DNA from: the human T2T-CHM13v2.0 reference genome, Homo sapiens
Direction: 5' to 3' (one strand)
DNA length: 64,000 nt
Assembly (NCBI RefSeq): GCF_009914755.1
Contig: NC_060929.1
The notes under the pieces were generated by a model. It searched no databases, was not told where the DNA came from, and saw only the letters and a list, made by a program, of their open reading frames with translations. Both the position numbers and the translations under genes were made by a program. Positions 1-12,869 of the stretch are shown piece by piece (position 1 is the first letter of the stretch; each line of letters opens with the position of its first letter).

Positions 1-221
1 AGACTATATATGTATGTAAAATTATTACCAGTGGACTGATTTGGATATACACTAAATTCATGCTACTTGCTTCTGGAGGTTGCAGTAAAGAACTGGAACT
101 GTGTCTGGGGATGTCACTTTTATCTGTTTTATTTAGTTCATTTTTTATAAACAATCCTTGAGGCAAATATGAGCTGTTAATAAATGCCAATTAGTCTTTT
201 TGCATATTGGTTGCATTTCTC

Positions 222-470
222 TTTTTTACAACTTTATTGAGTATAATTGATGTACACTAAACTGCACTTATTTAAAGTACACAATGTGATAAGTTTTGAC
301 AAGTGTACGTACCCATGGAATCTTTACCACAATCAACATTTGTTTCCTCCCACAGTTTTCTCAGGCCCTTTTGTAATCCATTTTTTGCTTAAACAATTTG
401 TTTTCTATCACTATAGATTAGTTTTATATAAATGGCATCCTACAGTATGTACTCTTCTGGTGGCAGGGGG
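222..470 (-). mobile_element. Old L1 (L1MB/MC/ME-type) 3' end fragment
   Basis: tttttaacaactttattgagtataattgatgtacactaaactgcac...gttttgacaagtgt is the typical reverse-complement L1M 3' terminus. Confidence 0.7.
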
Positions 471-1429
471 TTGTCTATCTGCCTTAATTCAGTAATTTCT
501 CAAGATAAAAACAATTTTAAAAATCTTGGAACTGCTGAAAACAATCTGGGGCATATAATCTGTGATTCAGAAAGGGGGAAAGGAGGGAATCTGTGGAAAG
601 CAGGTACCATTTGGGATAGATTCCCAAGCAGGAAGAATAAGCACACTTATTATAATGGCTTCCACATTCCCCAAATTATTCCCTTCATGTAATCTTTTTT
701 TTTTTTTAATTTTGTGGCAGTGCCTGAAACTGCACAGATGAGAGTCTTTTGGATAAGTAAGCTACTCATTTAAAAACAGACGCTTTGCTCAGAATTTACT
801 CAATGGCAGCTGGTTCAAGGAAAGCTTGTCATCCTAACCCTCTCCCAAACTTAGCTTCATTAAGGAAATGTGTGTTTGGATCATAAGAGAGAGGAGCTAA
901 GATGTATTGAGGCATGGAGAGTTGGGGACTGTGGGAAGATCTGAGTGAGGCAGCACCCTAGGAGACTTCGGGGAACCCTAGGATATCGGGAACCAGAACC
1001 CAAGGAGGTGGGGAGGGCCAGAAAAGAATGTGAGAAGACACCCAAAGTTAATAGCCATCCCTTTCCTAATGTTCCCTATGTGCGGCTCCCTGATGAGAAA
1101 CTGGAGGAAGAGATTCCCATCATCTTGCGTCTTCTATTCTCAACATCGGAGAACTCCTGTTCTTGAAATTCAACCTGATATCATTATTGCTCTGTGGATT
1201 AAACTGGCTCTTGTTTGCTAGGCTCAGAGTCCAAATACAAGATATAACATTGTTTTTATGGAAAAATGTGCCCAAATACCAAATAATTGATCTACAAAGA
1301 AAGTTTTGAAATGTAACCTGTTATACGCCAGGGATTTCTTACATGTGTAAATCTTTGTAACAATGAGCTATGTTATAATGGAAATATTTTCACAGATATA
1401 ATTCTTAATCTATAGCCAATATCAGTCAT

Positions 1430-1720
1430 TAAAACATACTGTTCAGTCTTGGGGCCCATAAGTGGAAGATGTTATGGAGAAATTGGAAAGGAGCCAGGGG
1501 AGACAAAGTAACTGATGAAAGGTTTTGAAAAATAGCCCTTTAGGGAAATGTCTACATTCATTCAGAGGAGAGAGGTGTATCAGTCTTCAAACTATAAAAC
1601 GATGTTACATTATTGACATCAAGTCTTTTTTCTTCTTGTCCACAGAGGGCAATATTAGAGGAAATGAGTTTAAACAGCAGCAGAGGGGATTTAGGCTAGT
1701 CAGATGTCCCCAGCTTGAAG
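1430..1720 (+). mobile_element. L3/CR1 LINE 3' fragment
   Basis: tactgttcagtcttgggg...gagaaattggaaaggagccagggg...ggaaatgagtttaaacagcagcagaggggatttaggctag resembles the CR1/L3 3' region. Confidence 0.55.
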
Positions 1721-2039
1721 ATGAGAGGTGCATTCTCAAGCTCCCAAGCCTCAATCTCATAAGGGAATGGTCCTTCTTGAGGGATTTTTTTTTTTTTTTT
1801 TTTTTTTTAGCGCTCTGATCAGTGGCAGTCCAAGTTCACACAGCCCTGGTCTGCTTGAAGTTGTTTGCATACATCAGTATTTGGGAAACTAAGTTCGGTC
1901 CAAGAACAGAAAATGTTTCCTGGCTACATGGAGGGTAAAGCAAACGTGAAGTTGCCTCATACGAGAAGAATCCAGACATGAGAAATCTCAGCCTTTGGTC
2001 CATTATTTTGTAAATCTGCTCAAAAGAGCATGGATTCAC

Positions 2040-2430
2040 AAGAGAAGTGTCCAGGAGGAGGGTAGTGTCAGCCCCACTGCTCTGTGGGGCAGTAGGACCA
2101 CATCTCAGGCACTGGGTCCAGGTCTTGGCAGTCAGGATGTCTCCAGGGGCTGTTGAGAAATTGGAGTGCCTCCAGAGGGGAGTAATGGGGACAGAAGAAT
2201 CTGGAAACTGGGTCAAAGAAGGAGCAGTTGAATGAACAACGTGTGTTGGCCTGAAGAAGATAAGTTGCAGCGGGGACAAGAAGCTGTTTTCAAAGTTTTC
2301 AAAGATTTGAAGTGCTGTCAGGTGGAAGAGCAGTGAAAATTGCGTGGCTCCAAACGGTAAATACAGGACCAATGAGTACGAGTCATAGGGACGGTGTCCG
2401 CTGAAAAGAAGGAAGCATTTTATAATCATT
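2040..2430 (+). mobile_element. L3/CR1 LINE fragment
   Basis: ccacatctcaggcactgggtccaggtcttggca...gagaaattggagtgcctccagagg...ggcctgaagaagataag matches the L3 RT C-terminal region. Confidence 0.65.
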
Positions 2431-3139
2431 AAAGATGTTCAAAGTAGGTGGTGATACTTGGTTATATAGGAAATGTTTGTATGAAGACTAGATATATATA
2501 AAAATGTTGGAGGAAGAATTTTTGAGCTTTTTTTTTTGTCTCACCAAGCAAATGAAACTTTCTGGAGAGAGATGACCTAGCAAAAGATTTTTTCTCTTGG
2601 TGATCAGGAAAGGCAGTCTTTGCAGACCGAACCACTAGAGGGAGTCAGGGCAGCAGCGTTGCAAGGCCGCCGTCCATTCTCTTCACCGAAGCAGCAACTG
2701 ATAGCCAGGCCTGGCTCTCAGGTTCTAAGTTCCCCTGATTTCAATATCACCCCCATGAATCTTTCTGGAATGTTTACATCTGATTAAATTCTTCAATGTC
2801 TGAGAGGCCTCTGTGTGTAGAGAGGCACAATCACTGCTATTTGTAGTCTGCTTACATCTTTATTAATTATTTAATAAACAGTATTCTCCTAAAAATTCAA
2901 ATACTCCCTAAACGACTAAAAATGAAAACTTATGCATTTAACAAATGTGACATTTTCCAAATATCTAAATATTAGTTTATAAACTAATTGATTATCCTAA
3001 ATATATGTAATATATAGTGTATAATATATATATACTTCTAAAATCACAAATATCCTATATCTAAGTCTTTTAAATGCTACAAATGCCTTAAAAGCAGAAA
3101 CACACAAATGAATCATCACAATGATACATATACAAAGTG

Positions 3140-4224
3140 ATGAAATATAGCTAAAAAGATTTCCAAGCAAAGTGTTGAAGGTACCACCTGGTTTCTTCTT
3201 GGTGCTTATAGTAAAATGCAAGAGGAGAGTGATAAATCGAGGGAAGAACTGTTAAACAAAAAGGAATCAAAGATGATTCTGAAAATTCTCAGTCTCTCCA
3301 GATGGCAAAAGATGTTAAAATTAAGAAATCACTTTTGAGCTTGTGGCATAGAGATAAGTCCTGGCCTAGAGAAAAAGCTAAGTAGTGATTGTACAAGCTT
3401 TTGTTAAAATCTCAGGAAGATTAAGGGATCAGAGTAGTATTCAGTCATACAAAGGGCCCTCTCCAGAGATTAATGGTGTATCTCACAGAACCTCTCAAAT
3501 AATAGGACCTTTTGGAAGCTTAATTGAGTTATCTTTCAACCATCTCAGCAGGAACTCAAGGTAGAAGGGGGCCTAGCTCAAAAAGAACCTTGGATGTGGC
3601 CTTTATGTAAAGGGAAATTTACTGGAGACCCACAAAGTATTTAAGAAAAGTATTTCAGCAAAAACACTGCCAACTTAAACTGAAAGGGACGGAAAGAGTA
3701 CAAAATGAAAGGAGGCTGTTAGATCTCCAAAATTCTACTGGCAGGAAGCAGAATGATAAAACTACTCAGCTGCAAACATGTGCTACTTTTCATGAAAAAA
3801 GGAAAGATGACTCAGAGGGTGGAACCAAGAGCTATGGTGAATTATTCCCAGCCCTTGAAATCTAATCAAAGAATTCTGACTGAAGTTTGCTAGGCTGGGT
3901 TTTAAAACTGCTTTGGACTGTAACTCCTTTTTATCTTCCATTGCCCACCTCTCCTTCTCTTTTTAACTAGAAATGTCTATAACTATTTTACTATATTCAT
4001 TCCTTCATTGTGCATTAGGAGCAAGACGATTTGTCTTTAGTTTTATAGATTGAGAGGAACTACGCTCAAGGAGCCTCATGCATACCTGGACCTGATTTAA
4101 ATGATGAGATGCTGGACTTCAAGCAGATGCTGTAATGATATGAGGTTCTCAGGGACCTTGGGAAATAGTAAATGTATTTTGTGTGTGAGAGGGACACAAA
4201 TCATTGGAGGCCAAAAGGGTGAAC
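3140..4224 (+). mobile_element. MaLR (MLT1-type) internal sequence
   Basis: gatttccaagcaaagtgttgaagg...gcttatagtaaaatgcaagaggagag; ends in a purine tract (ggaggccaaaagggtgaac) immediately before the LTR. Confidence 0.65.
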
Positions 4225-5760
4225 TGAGGACAGATGCTAGGGTAGCTCCCACAATCCCCACCTCCTGGTTTCACCCTTGTGGGATCTCGCCATGAGTGTG
4301 GATGGAACCTGTGATTTGCTTCTAACTAGTAGAATTTGGCAAAAAATGATGAGATATATGTGATTATGTTTACATGATTATATTATATAAGATTCTGAGT
4401 ACATTGAGCTGCATAGAGAGAGCACGGGGGCAAGTGAGAGCCAGGTGGGTACTGGAAAGCTCTGTGCCTCACTGAGGAAAAATAACTAAACATGGGCAAA
4501 AGAGATCCATGGAACCTGAGAGGCAAGGTGTTATTATATGCATTCTTTGGCAAACTTGTCAGGAGGCGCATAAGAAGAAGCACCCAGATGGTTCAGTCAA
4601 CTTCTCAGTTTTCTAGGAAGTGCTCAGAGAGGTGCAAGACCATGTCTGCTAAAGAGAAAGGGAAATTTGAAGACATGGCAAAGGCGAACAAGGCTCGTTA
4701 TGAAAGACAGATGAAAACCTATATCCCTCCTAAAGATCCCCTTTAGGACAAAAAAGTAGTTCAAGGATCCCAATGCACCCAAGAGGCATTCTTTGGCTGT
4801 TTTCTTGTTCTGTTCTGAGTATTGCCCGAAAATCAAAGGAGAACATCCTGGCCTATCCATTGGTGAGTTGTAAAGAAATTGGAAGAGATGTGGAAGGGCA
4901 CTGCCTCAGATGATAAGCAGCCTTATGAAAAGAAGGCTGTGAAGCTGAAGGAAAAATATGAAAAGGATATTGCCTCATACTGAGCTAAAGGAAAGCCTGA
5001 TGCAGCAAAAAAGGGAGTTGTCACGGCTGAAAAAAGCAAAAAAAGGAAGAAGAGGAAGATGAAGATGATGATGATGATAATGAGTAAGTTGGTTCTAGCA
5101 CAGTTTTTTTTCTTGTCTAGAAAGCATTTAAACCCCCTGTTTACAACTCCTTTTAAAGAAAGACATTGAGATGTAAGGCTGTGTAACATTTGTTTTTAAA
5201 CTGCACAGTGTCTTTTTTGTATAGTTAACACACTACTGAATGTGGCTTTAGATAGCCCTGTCCTGGTGTATTTTCAATGGGCACTAACCTTGCCTGATAC
5301 AGTATGGGGGTTGTAAACTGGCAAGGAAATTTAAAGCAGGTTCTTCTTAGTGCACAGCACAAATTAGTTATACATGGGGATGGTAGATTTTTTATTTTCA
5401 CTTGTCTCTGATGCAGCTTATATGAAATAATTGTTGTTTTGTTAACTGAATACCACTCTGTAATTGCAAAAAAAAAAGTGGCAGCTGTTTTGTTGACATT
5501 CTGAATTCTGAATGCTTCTAAGTAAATACAATTTTTTTATTAGTAAAAAAATGTTCTAATCCATCTTTCCAGGAGATTCTCTCTCCCTTGCTGTCTTTGA
5601 AAAAGCAAGTTGCCATGTGAAGAGGGCCATATAGCATAGGAGCTGAAGGCAGCCTCCAACTGACGGCAAGAAAATGAGGTCCTCAGTCTGACAACCTGCA
5701 AGAAACTGAATGTTCTAAAAGCCACATGAGCTTGGGAGCAGATCTGACCCCAGCCAAATC
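4225..5760 (+). mobile_element. MLT1E/F-like LTR split by the HMGB1 retrocopy (halves ~4225-4395 and ~5555-5760)
   Basis: Left half ends ...tattatataagattc; LTR sequence resumes after the poly(A) with catctttcc...ttgctgtctttgaaaaagcaagttgccatgtgaagagggcc. Confidence 0.7.
4396..5551 (+). pseudogene. HMGB1P35: HMGB1 processed pseudogene (5'UTR, disrupted CDS 4492-5087, 3'UTR, A-tail remnant); probably HMGB1P35
   Basis: 5'UTR ...gaggaaaaataactaaacATGGGCAAA; translation [31 protein letters not shown]; intronless; -1 and -2 frameshifts near 4548 and 4610; stop at 4744-4746; shortened acidic tail; HMGB1 3'UTR ending agtaaatacaatttttttattagtaaaaaaa. The parent gene is certain; the P35 number is from recollection of the locus only. 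Confidence 0.93.
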
Positions 5761-6179
5761 TCTGAAGTCCGCAGGCAGGAAATGAAGATCAGAAAAAGGC
5801 TATTGTCTCATGAATATGAGCCAGACTCCACAGAAGCTGGAGTCCTTCATTATGGAGCTAAACACATACACCTGGCTTAGGAGTCAGAAAAACTGAAAGA
5901 GGATTCAGGGAAGTAGAGAAATTGCAAGCCCAGATGCTGCTTCATACCAAAGAAGCAAGTCAGCAGGTCAGCAACAATGTGTATCAGTTCCAAAATGACT
6001 TACACAGGTACCAAGACAAGACATTATATACACTTATATAGTCAAATACTTTAAAACTGTTAACAAACTTGCTACAATTGTCTCATTTGTCTTTTAACCT
6101 TAATATCACAGATCAAGTTTGTAATCTCAAAAGTTCACCCTGGCTGCTGTGTGGAGTATTCTCTTATCTGCTCATATTA

Positions 6180-7750
6180 CACTGTGCTTATTCATTCATC
6201 AGTTAATGGAAATTTGGGTTGTTTCCTGATTTTGACTGTAATGAATAATGTTGCTGTAAACATTCATGTACAGTTTTGTGTGGACATGCTTTTCTTTCTC
6301 TTGGGTAGGTTCCTATGAGTGGAATCACTAGATTGTATGGTAAATGTATGTTTAACTTTTAAAGAAACTGTCAAACTGTTTTCTAACATGAACGGGCCAT
6401 TTTACGTTCTTATCAACAATATATGATGGTTTCAATTTTCCCACATCCTCACCAACATTTGGTATTGTCTCTCTTTTACATCATAACTATTTTAGTGGGG
6501 ATGTAGTGATATCTTATCGTGGTTTTAATTTGTGTCTCCCTAATGACTAATGATATTGTGCATCTTTGCATATGCTTGTTAGCCATTTATGTACATTCTT
6601 TAGTGAAATGGCTATTCAAATCTTCTGCCCATTTAAAAATCGAGTTGTTTTTCTTATTATTCAGTTGTAAGAGTTTTTTCTTTATTCTGTGCAAAAGTCC
6701 TTTATCAAGTCTAGGATTTTTGAATATTTTCTCAACCTAGAGCTTGTTTTTCAACATTTTTTTCTTAATGATCTTTTGAAGTGGAAAAATTTGATTTTGA
6801 TGAAGTCTAATGTATCACTTCTTCCTTTAACTGTCATGATTTTTGTGTCATATCTAAGAACTCTTTACCCAACTCAAAGTTACCAAGGTATTTTCTTCCA
6901 GAAGTTTTGCAGTTTTAACTCTTCTATATAGGCCTGTGATCCATTTTTAATTCATTTTTTGCATATGATGTGAGAGAAGGGCCTAAGTTCATATTCGTAC
7001 ATGTGGATGTACAATGGTTCCAGGATCACTTGCTGAGAAAAGACTATCCTTTCCCCATTGATTTTTTTGGCACCTGTGTCAAAAATCAATTGACCATAAA
7101 TGCAAGCGTTTATATCTGAACTCTCAGTTCTTCTCCATTCATCTCTAAGGATATGTCTATGCTTACATCAATATCACAGTGTATTCATGTGGCTTTGTAG
7201 TAAATTTTGAAATTGGGTGATAGAAGTCTTTCAATTTTGTTCTTAGTTTTCAGAATAGTTTTGGCTGTACTTTGCATTTTGATACAAATTTTAGGATGTA
7301 TGTGTGAAGTTTTACAAAAATGCTTGCTGGAGTTTTGATAGGAATTGTGTTGAACCTATAGATCTATTTGAGGGGGGAATTGCCATCTTGACAAGCTTGA
7401 GTCTTCCAATCCATGGACAGGGAATGTCTCCATTTATTTAAATCTTCATTAATTTTTCTTAGTAATGTTTCACAATTTTTAGCGTACAAGTCTTAAACTT
7501 TTATTACATTTATTTCTGTTTATTCTTTTTGAGGCTTTGTGAATAGAATTTTTTTAATTTTATTTTTTGGGCTTGACATTGCTGATATATACAAATACAA
7601 TAGATTTTTAAAATACTGATCTTAGATCCTGCAGCTTTGCTAAACTCTTCGATTAGTTCTAGATATTTTGTGTATAGATTCCTTGGTGTTTTCTATACGC
7701 AAGATTATGCCATCTGCAAATAGAAGCAGTTTTAATTCTTCCTTTACTCT
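6180..7750 (-). mobile_element. L1M (L1MB/MC-like) 3'UTR and ORF2 3' part
   Basis: ggttttaatttgtgtctccctaatgactaatgat; tcaaaaatcaattgaccata; gttttgataggaattgtgttgaacctatagat: antisense L1 ORF2 hallmarks. Confidence 0.85.
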
Positions 7751-7961
7751 CAGTCTGCTTTTAATGAGCTATTATGTCTTCTGTTCTGTATTGGTCAAAC
7801 CCTCACCTGGATCACAGTATTTATTACTGACCATCACAGTTTCCTTGAGGAAATGAAAAAAATTAAAAAGATAAAGTAACTATTACCATAATCCCTACAT
7901 TCGGACACAATATTTATGAGCATGTGGGGTAAATTCTTCCAGACACTCTTGCTAGAGGACG

Positions 7962-8449
7962 TGTAGCAGAGCTTATGATGCACTGAGCCACATCCTCCAG
8001 CCACCAGATTCCAGTGTAGCTGTGGTGAACTTTGCCTTGCACTTTACCAGTGTCCATATAAGCTCATATCACAGTGTCTTTCTGTTTTGCTTTCTGGAGG
8101 TCAGGGAAGCCTGCTGAGCTATATGTAGACCCAACCCATATTTTCAAGGTAATACTCCTTAGTTGATAGAAGCCCTCAGTCGATGGGAACAGGATTTCGT
8201 GGATTAATGCCCCAGCTCCCCCATCCTGCAGGACATAGAATGTGTGACTATCCAAGATGCTTGCAACATGGTTTCTCAGAGTTCCCAATGGAATTGAATC
8301 CCAGCTGCATACAACTGTAACCCACTCATTTATTAACTTTTCTCCCTTCCTCTTTCCCTTCACTTCTGTTTCCTAAGACTACTTCCCTCTAAATGATCTG
8401 CACCCAAGTCCTTGTCTCAAGGTCTTCTAGAGAAACCCAAACTAAGGCA
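7962..8449 (+). mobile_element. LTR16-like ERVL solo LTR
   Basis: Starts tgtagcag, ends ctgcacccaagtccttgtctcaagg...aaacccaaactaaggca. Confidence 0.65.
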
Positions 8450-8649
8450 GTTTGTCAAGGGACAAACTAGGGTACATCTTTGAAACAGTCATTAGGAGAG
8501 TGAGAGGTCCTGCAACGATGTAATATAAAAGCAGTGAAAATAGCTGAGAAAATTAGAAAAAGAGAAAACTTACAGGAATAATCATAGTCATCTTTAAATA
8601 CCTGCAAAGTAATCAGATATAAGAGGACCAAAGGAGACACTGGTTTTAA

Positions 8650-8845
8650 CTGAGCACCTTCCAGGTTATATACTAGCTACTATGAAGTGTATTTATTCCA
8701 TCCTTACAGCAACCCACAGGCAATGAGAACTACCCTTATTTTTCAAATAAGAAAACTGAGACACAGATGATTAAGGAATTTGCCAAGGTCCAAAGCTAGC
8801 AGGTATTGGAACTAGGATTCAAATCCAAGCCTGTCTGCCCCCTAA
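8650..8845 (-). mobile_element. MIR SINE
   Basis: gaaaactgagacacagatgattaaggaatttgccaaggtc MIR core, reverse orientation. Confidence 0.75.
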
Positions 8846-8942
8846 CCTGTGTCTTGCTGCTGTGTGTTTTGCTTTGAAGGGCAAAACAGAGACCAGCAGG
8901 TAGACATTCTAAATCCATAGAATTGTGTTTATATGAATGCAG

Positions 8943-9345
8943 TGTGTGGCAGAGATTGTCTAGATGTTCATCAATGCTGTTTTCTCTGTTCTGTTTCTGG
9001 ACATACAGGAACACTTCATGTCCTAGCCTCCTTTATAAGTAGATTGGGGCCATGTAACAGGGTTCTGGCAAATGGGAATGTGCAGATGTGATATGTGATG
9101 CTCCTGATTCATTCATTCTGTCTCTTTCTCTCTCTCCCTCTCAGCTAGCTGAAAGCAGAGAACCCAGCAGAGGATTCTGGGAAGGTCCTGGGGGATGGCA
9201 GAGCCAGCAGAGAGAGGGTATGGATCCACCAGGCATAGGATGGAACAGAGCACTATTGACCACAGTGAACTGGGGCATGGGCAATCAATAAACACATATT
9301 AGATTAAGCTATTGAGACTCAGGGATTTTTATACAACTGACATTC
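8943..9345 (+). mobile_element. Old MLT1 (I/J/K-like) LTR
   Basis: gattggggccatgtaacagggttctggcaaatgggaatgtg...aataaacac...aagctattgagactcaggga. Confidence 0.6.
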
Positions 9346-10892
9346 CCTAAGAAGCCATGATCTTCCTGTCTCAGGAGGTGCATAAGCAGTGGTTGAATGT
9401 TCAACAGTCAAGAATGTTATAAAAAGAGGTTCTTGGGAGAGTGGACCTGATGGCCAGCAAAAATCATAGCTCACATTTATTGAGTTATTATGGCTCAGGC
9501 ATGTGCACATATTCTTTTATTTAAATCTACAATATGCTTTATCATGCTCATTTTATACATGAGGAACACAAGGCATGGAGAGGTTAGATAACATGCCTAA
9601 GATCATGAAGCAAGCAAGGGGGAGAAAAGATACCCTTCTCACTCCTTCCAGACAGCTCACTTCACCACCACTCCCCACTGTCTCTAAAGCAAAAGTTATT
9701 TGAAGGCTTAGGGACTGGTTTGGTATTATCCATGCAGGGCGGTTTGTTTTGTTTTTCTTTTAAAATTTCAGCCTATGCTTAAAAGATTTCATGTAAAAAT
9801 TCTGTTTTCTAGTTTCTCTTGAAAATTAAGAAGATCTGGTAAAACTGGGCTTGAAGACCATTATGGTAACAGGCTGCTGAAGCTGAGGAGAGGGCCCCTT
9901 CAGATGGGCATAAGCACTGCTCCCCCTCCCCAACCCCCCTTTTAGGTTACTATCAGACTCTGGAAGCTTCTGAATGTGTGAACCCTGAAAGAGTCCATCT
10001 AAAGCTAAGTTCTCCCCAGGGGTAGAGCCCAATGCTGGGCATACAGTAGGGACTCAATGGATATTTATCAAATGAATGAATACAGGTGGAATTCAGATCC
10101 GTTTGGCCTCTCTTTTCTGTGACTGGGGACCACTGAACCTGAGTCACTAAGTGATAACTCACAACACAAATTTTCTTCTTGTTCCAAGCAGCCAGGACCC
10201 AGGTTCTAGGTATCTAAAAATGCTGTGCCTGACTTGAGTTCGCAATGACATTTTTTATCAACTGAAAATGTTTACTTCTGTGCAACCAGCCAAAGCTGGG
10301 GGTAAGCAGCCCAGTGGGGTGCGCTGATTCTATCTTAGATTACGCTGTGCACAATGGACTCTTTGTAAAGTCCTTATGGCGGGGAGTGGCCAGGCAGGCA
10401 TCTCCTGCACCCAGCTCTGGAGACTCACTTGCCACAAAGCTGAAGAAGGACGGGGCAGTTTTAATATACCTGGCTTAGAAAAGCCACAGACTGTTGGACT
10501 TACATGTGGGTGTGTAAGCCCCACACAGAAGCAGCTTTTTCTCCAGCATTGTTAACAAAGCTCATTTAGAGGAATGCAAGTCTGGGGCACGGCCTGGATG
10601 GGCAGCATGACGCACACACCACATAAGCTCCAGACGCTCACTGATCCCCTTCACAGAGGCTGAGCCTGCCCACCCAACCCTGCCCTCGCCCTCACCCTCA
10701 CCTCCGCAGCCGGACCTGGGATAGCACTGCTTTTCTTGAGAGGACTGAGTCTTAGCATTGAGGATGGGAAGGGGAGTGTAAGGGCTCTTCCAGGAGAGAA
10801 TCTCCTGCTTATTTGCATGGAGGAAGAAGGGAGCCTTTCCCAGTGCCTACACGTCTGAGTCCCAATTGTGAGAGAAAATGAATTGCTTAAAG

Positions 10893-11118
10893 TTGCAGTT
10901 CTCAACCAGAGGTGATTCCCCTCCCAGGGGATATTTGCAACACTTGGAGGGATTTTTCATGGTAATGACTTGGGAGGGGAATAAGGGAGGTGGTGCTATG
11001 GGCATCTGGTGAGTGGAGGCCAGGGATGCTGCTGAGCATCCTACAAAGCATAGGACAGCCCCTCATGGCAAAGCATTACTCACCCCAAATGTCAGTGTGC
11101 CAAGGTGGAGAAACCCTG
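10893..11118 (+). mobile_element. MER20 (hAT-Charlie) full-length
   Basis: ggcatctggtgagtggaggccagggatgctgctgagcatcctacaaagcataggacagcccc; 8-bp TSD gcttaaag/acttaaag. Confidence 0.9.
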
Positions 11119-11412
11119 ACTTAAAGGAGGGCTTTTATTACCTTTTAAGCTTAAGAATTATAAAAGGCAATTTATTGTTTTATAATTTAAAAAAAGGGTT
11201 ATTTTAAATATGGACAAATATGCTGAACTTCCCAAGTATCACCTTCTTTCATTATTTGTGATAACAGTCTTGGCACATAGCAAGTGCTCAATACCTATTT
11301 GTGCAATGAATGAATGTCATACTGTAATAGTGTCTTTTACTTAATTTGTTATAACATGGTCACTTCCTTCATTGAAGCAGTACACAGGTTCTAGGGGGAG
11401 GGCTGGGGATAG

Positions 11413-11988
<576 letters not shown>

Positions 11989-12229
11989 TGAAAAACTGAA
12001 TTGTTACATATATCCCTTGAGTTACAAAACCCTAAAGAATTTCATATTGTTCAAAATGGGAGGCCAAGTGAAATTCTGACTCATTTCTGGTACTTCTTGC
12101 CTCTCACCCAAATTGCTGATGGTCCTGTAGCCACATTGACTGCTTTTCTCATATGGCTGATGGTTTCTTTATGGGATTATCACTATCTGAAATGCTATCA
12201 GATATTATTAGCTCATTTTCCTGTCTTTC

Positions 12230-12360
12230 CTTTTCTAGATGTGAGTTCTCTAAGGGCAAATACCTTGTTCTTGCTCATTCACTGCCTTATCCTCATTGCC
12301 TAGCATGGCGCTTGGCACAGGGAAGACATTTAATAAATATTTGTTGCATGAATGAATGGC
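12230..12360 (+). mobile_element. L2 3' end
   Basis: ctagatgtgagttctctaagggca...taataaatatttgttgcatgaatgaatg. Confidence 0.75.
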
Positions 12361-12632
12361 AGGGCAGAGAGGCCAGAGACTGAGTGACCTACCTAAGATC
12401 ATGCAGAGGCCCGTCAGGAGAATCGGTCATGAAACTGGGAACCAGGTTAAGGTCCTCTGCATTTGGCCTGCCCACATCCCCTGCATATATACTGTGGGGT
12501 GGGGATACTAGGCATGCCATCCTTGTACCACAGGAGTTGCCCAGTGAGACTCAGGACTACTAGGATGCAGTATAGCATCATCATCTCCCAGATGGGAGGG
12601 CCCACCTTAGAGGTGACCTTGTGACGTGACAC

Positions 12633-12742
12633 ATAGGTCAACTAACCCGGTTTTCCTGGGACTGAGGAATTTCCTGGGGTGCAGTACTTTCCATCTGAAA
12701 AGGGGAAAGTCCCAGTTAAACTGGGATGAACTGGTCACCCTA
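12633..12742. mobile_element. MER81-like hAT-Blackjack MITE
   Basis: cccggttttcctgggactgagg...gggaaagtcccagttaaactgggatgaactggtcacccta. Confidence 0.7.
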
Positions 12743-12869
12743 TGCGACAGAAACATTCAGTAAAAATCTATGGTGCCCTGCAGTGGATTCTTCCTTTGGG
12801 AAACTCTGTTAAGTTGTCAAAGAATCATGGACTCTCAGCGGTGGCAGGGAGAGACCTTAGTGATCATTG

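Noticed and set aside
1836-2429. 197-aa minus-strand ORF
   Set aside because: Antisense to an L3/CR1 remnant; no recognisable protein family.
4385-5565. Target-site duplication for the HMGB1 retrocopy
   Set aside because: Flanks (aagattctga vs aatgttctaa) are too degenerate to call.
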